A stretch of DNA of 64,000 nucleotides from contig CDRNVI010000065.1 in the NCBI GenBank assembly GCA_977017575.1, positions 248,001-312,000 of the forward strand, in the 5' to 3' direction. Positions 61,699 through 64,000 of the stretch are shown one piece after another. The translations under genes and the position numbers were made by a program. Position 1 is the first letter of the stretch. Each line of letters opens with the position of its first letter. The notes below the pieces were generated by a model, which was not told the origin of the DNA, ran no database searches, and worked only from the letters and a program-made list of their open reading frames with translations. This DNA comes from Paramoeba atlantica (taxonomy: Eukaryota; Protista; Discosea).

Positions 61699-64000
61699 TT
61701 ACAAATTTCCATGTTTCTCAAACATCATGCGTTTATACTGCGCTTCACGACGTGCGCTGAGTTGTGTATTTTTTAAAGATTGAAGGCGCCCAAATCCAAA
61801 TTCACACATTTTCCTAAGGTTTTCGTTCGGAATAACACGCAAACCTTCAAGCGCAGAGAGATAAGTTTGAGCTTCGCAAACATCGTCAATTACGCTCACA
61901 TAGTCTTCATCAGAGAAAACAGAATCTGCGTCGCTACTGTTTGTTTCTAGTGCAATATCACTATCATCACTATCGAAATCTGAGTCTTGTATCAAATCCT
62001 TTTCATAGCCGTCACTATCAGACTCACAGGTATCATGGGGAGGACATTCCGAATTAGATTTGTCGGTCTCTTTGCCATAAGATTCAAAATTCAGAGCGAG
62101 GAAAATTTCAATGATCGTACGACAACGGCCACGTATATCTGGATTTACGTGAGGTAACACTTTTGATAATCCCAATATGGACACTTTTCGATCATAGTTG
62201 CGCAAACGTTTGTGGTATTTCTCCAAAAAACTGCCGTACGCGTCAAAGAACTCGTTGAACATGTTGCTTGAACTTAAAGTATTCAAACAAAGATGCGAGT
62301 CAAACCAGAATGCGTTCAGAATAACATGCATGAGTTTCAAGTGGAGTCTCGTGCTTGAGTCTTTTTTATGTCTAAGATTCGCTAAAACAAGATTTAGAAG
62401 AAGAGGAAGCACATGATCTATATGTTCTTTCTGGTTTGCTCCGTGCTGTAACAATGTTTCTAAAAGGCTAGGTGCTACTAGAACGATTTCGTCCTCATAA
62501 TCTTGAGTACGATCCAAAGTGTGCTCACAGATCTCTACGATGAAGTTAACTAGACCCCGTTGGCAAAATTCCTGTGGTGAAGAGCAAAGATAATTATCCA
62601 AAGGGGCGAGCATCGAAGGTAGATAGTCAGTTCCCCCGTCGCAAAGAATTTGGCGGAGTCTAGGCAGAAGCTCCCACATGAAGGGGAGTAGAGATTTAGA
62701 GTGCATGGTGAGAACGGAAAGGAGATCCAAAGTTTCTTCGAGATAGTCAGGCATATTTTCCGCAAGTAATTTATCAAATAGAGGAAACATCTTGCCCTGC
62801 AGCGCATTGTACACCTCTTCATGAGCGGTCACGGATGCGCATAGAGTGTATAGCGCATTGAGAATGCGATCCAATGCCCCGCATAGCTCCGATGCTGTTT
62901 CCACATTTTCCTGGTGAGAAGATTGATTCTCTACATCTTGCACTGCCCTTCGTTCTTCCTCTAGCATTCGTAAACCGTGAGTAACGAGAACTTCTGTTAC
63001 GTACTCGGCAAATGCTGCGAGTTGGTCGCCAAATTGATCTACTACGGCTTCCAAAAGTATTAACGCATCTTCATTGTTCAATTCTCGAGACAGACGCAGT
63101 GAAGTTTCTACCAGAAGGGGAAGAAAAGGCGCTACCATGCCATGTAATTCCGTGCGGCGCAAAATTCTTCTCCATCCAACAGTTGCTAGGACTTGAACGG
63201 GAAGCGGCTCCGCTGAATCCAAAAGTTGCATACCCGTCTTAAGAAAATTTTTTGTACCCTCTTCATTTCCTCCCAAAGCCATAAGATGTCGACAAGCTAG
63301 AGGGAAACAAATACTTCGAATGTACGATACTTGGCTGAAACAACCAGGCAAAACGACCTCCTTCACTAGATTGGTAACTGCTTTACTACACGGGCCTTTA
63401 CTAAGCACTGGAGATAATTTATCCAGCGCGTGCACTGCCCCATAAGAAGTGTATGGAGGTTCATTTTGAGCATGGCTCCCAAGAAATCCTAGAAATTGTA
63501 TTACCGATGATTGATTCCCGTCCTTGATTTGTTTCATGATAATGTTTTTAATCAGTCGAGCCGAAGCTTCTCGAGAGTCATAAATCGTGTGTTCCAGATC
63601 ACCTATACGATTGATGTATTCCTCAGGCTCATAGACCCAGAGGTGTTCATCGTTTTCAGTGAAACACAAAGCCTTAAACAATGGCCCAAGGATAAGTTCT
63701 TTCCAGTAACTCGCAAGTGAAGACATCAATTTGGCGTCATTAACAACCAATGAAAGATACTCCGTTGAAAGAGCAAATGATTTTTTGAAGTCTGCCGCGT
63801 GATCAACATGACAAAGATTAAAGCAACACAAGGCAAATCTTTCTGCATATTTAGAGTACCACGCATTCAAAAAATCTTTCTCGGCACGTTGTCTTGCTGT
63901 CTTCGCAGGTTTCTTTCCAAGTTTTCTCCGACTACAAAAGCCAAACCACCTGTGTATAATACGTGTTTCCCACTTTAGTATTCCCCACGCGTCTTCTGGC
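61699..64000 (-). CDS. IPO7: Importin-7/8 family karyopherin, 5'-partial
   Basis: The frame is open to the window end (WGILKWETRIIHRWF upstream of the track start). HEAT repeats, DYLEETLDLL, MWELLP, DYLPSMLAPLDNYL, acidic C-terminal loop. Confidence 0.88.
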   Translation of the reverse strand, partial: PEDAWGILKWETRIIHRWFGFCSRRKLGKKPAKTARQRAEKDFLNAWYSKYAERFALCCFNLCHVDHAADFKKSFALSTEYLSLVVNDAKLMSSLASYWKELILGPLFKALCFTENDEHLWVYEPEEYINRIGDLEHTIYDSREASARLIKNIIMKQIKDGNQSSVIQFLGFLGSHAQNEPPYTSYGAVHALDKLSPVLSKGPCSKAVTNLVKEVVLPGCFSQVSYIRSICFPLACRHLMALGGNEEGTKNFLKTGMQLLDSAEPLPVQVLATVGWRRILRRTELHGMVAPFLPLLVETSLRLSRELNNEDALILLEAVVDQFGDQLAAFAEYVTEVLVTHGLRMLEEERRAVQDVENQSSHQENVETASELCGALDRILNALYTLCASVTAHEEVYNALQGKMFPLFDKLLAENMPDYLEETLDLLSVLTMHSKSLLPFMWELLPRLRQILCDGGTDYLPSMLAPLDNYLCSSPQEFCQRGLVNFIVEICEHTLDRTQDYEDEIVLVAPSLLETLLQHGANQKEHIDHVLPLLLNLVLANLRHKKDSSTRLHLKLMHVILNAFWFDSHLCLNTLSSSNMFNEFFDAYGSFLEKYHKRLRNYDRKVSILGLSKVLPHVNPDIRGRCRTIIEIFLALNFESYGKETDKSNSECPPHDTCESDSDGYEKDLIQDSDFDSDDSDIALETNSSDADSVFSDEDYVSVIDDVCEAQTYLSALEGLRVIPNENLRKMCEFGFGRLQSLKNTQLSARREAQYKRMMFEKHGNL

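Noticed and set aside
1-64000. tRNA or rRNA genes
   Set aside because: No cloverleaf with a T-loop GTTCGA/RA context or rRNA signature was recognised by eye; tRNAscan-SE would be needed to exclude them.

Overview
Eukaryotic, intron-less, gene-dense DNA. Every recognisable host gene lies on the minus strand, which fits a kinetoplastid-type polycistronic unit. The compact intergenic regions, divergent proteins, a spliced-leader-like motif and a Merlin transposon suggest a Perkinsela-like kinetoplastid (inference). Host genes: VPS50-like, MAPKK, ER DnaJ, THUMP protein, CDF Zn transporter, mitochondrial L16, Pol eta, DEK-like, archease, TMA7, SerRS, PhoD, SP-RING ligase, DIM1, RNF212-like, NAXD, AP mu-adaptin, PA2G4, SURF6-like and a partial importin-7. 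A near-identical 16.83-kb tandem duplication (11106-27935 / 27936-44763) has one breakpoint in the L16 gene and the other inside a TIR element. Main results of the hunt: (1) a selenoprotein K gene cut short by the ORF track at an in-frame UGA (GG-U-G-stop), with a stem-loop 6 nt after the UGA and an atypical SECIS candidate; (2) a 16-nt spliced-leader core with a partial tandem copy, lying in genomic DNA in front of a decayed protein-like repeat; (3) a set of TA-flanked TIR elements (about 730-790 bp MITEs, one nested, one solo end) with shared terminal architecture; (4) a TA-flanked long-TIR element carrying a hAT-like BED transposase relic; (5) directly oriented ~28-40 bp blocks inside otherwise inverted termini in two elements; (6) a decayed Merlin transposon; (7) sharp GC3 switches inside genes. 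All homology calls are by eye from motifs; no searches were run.
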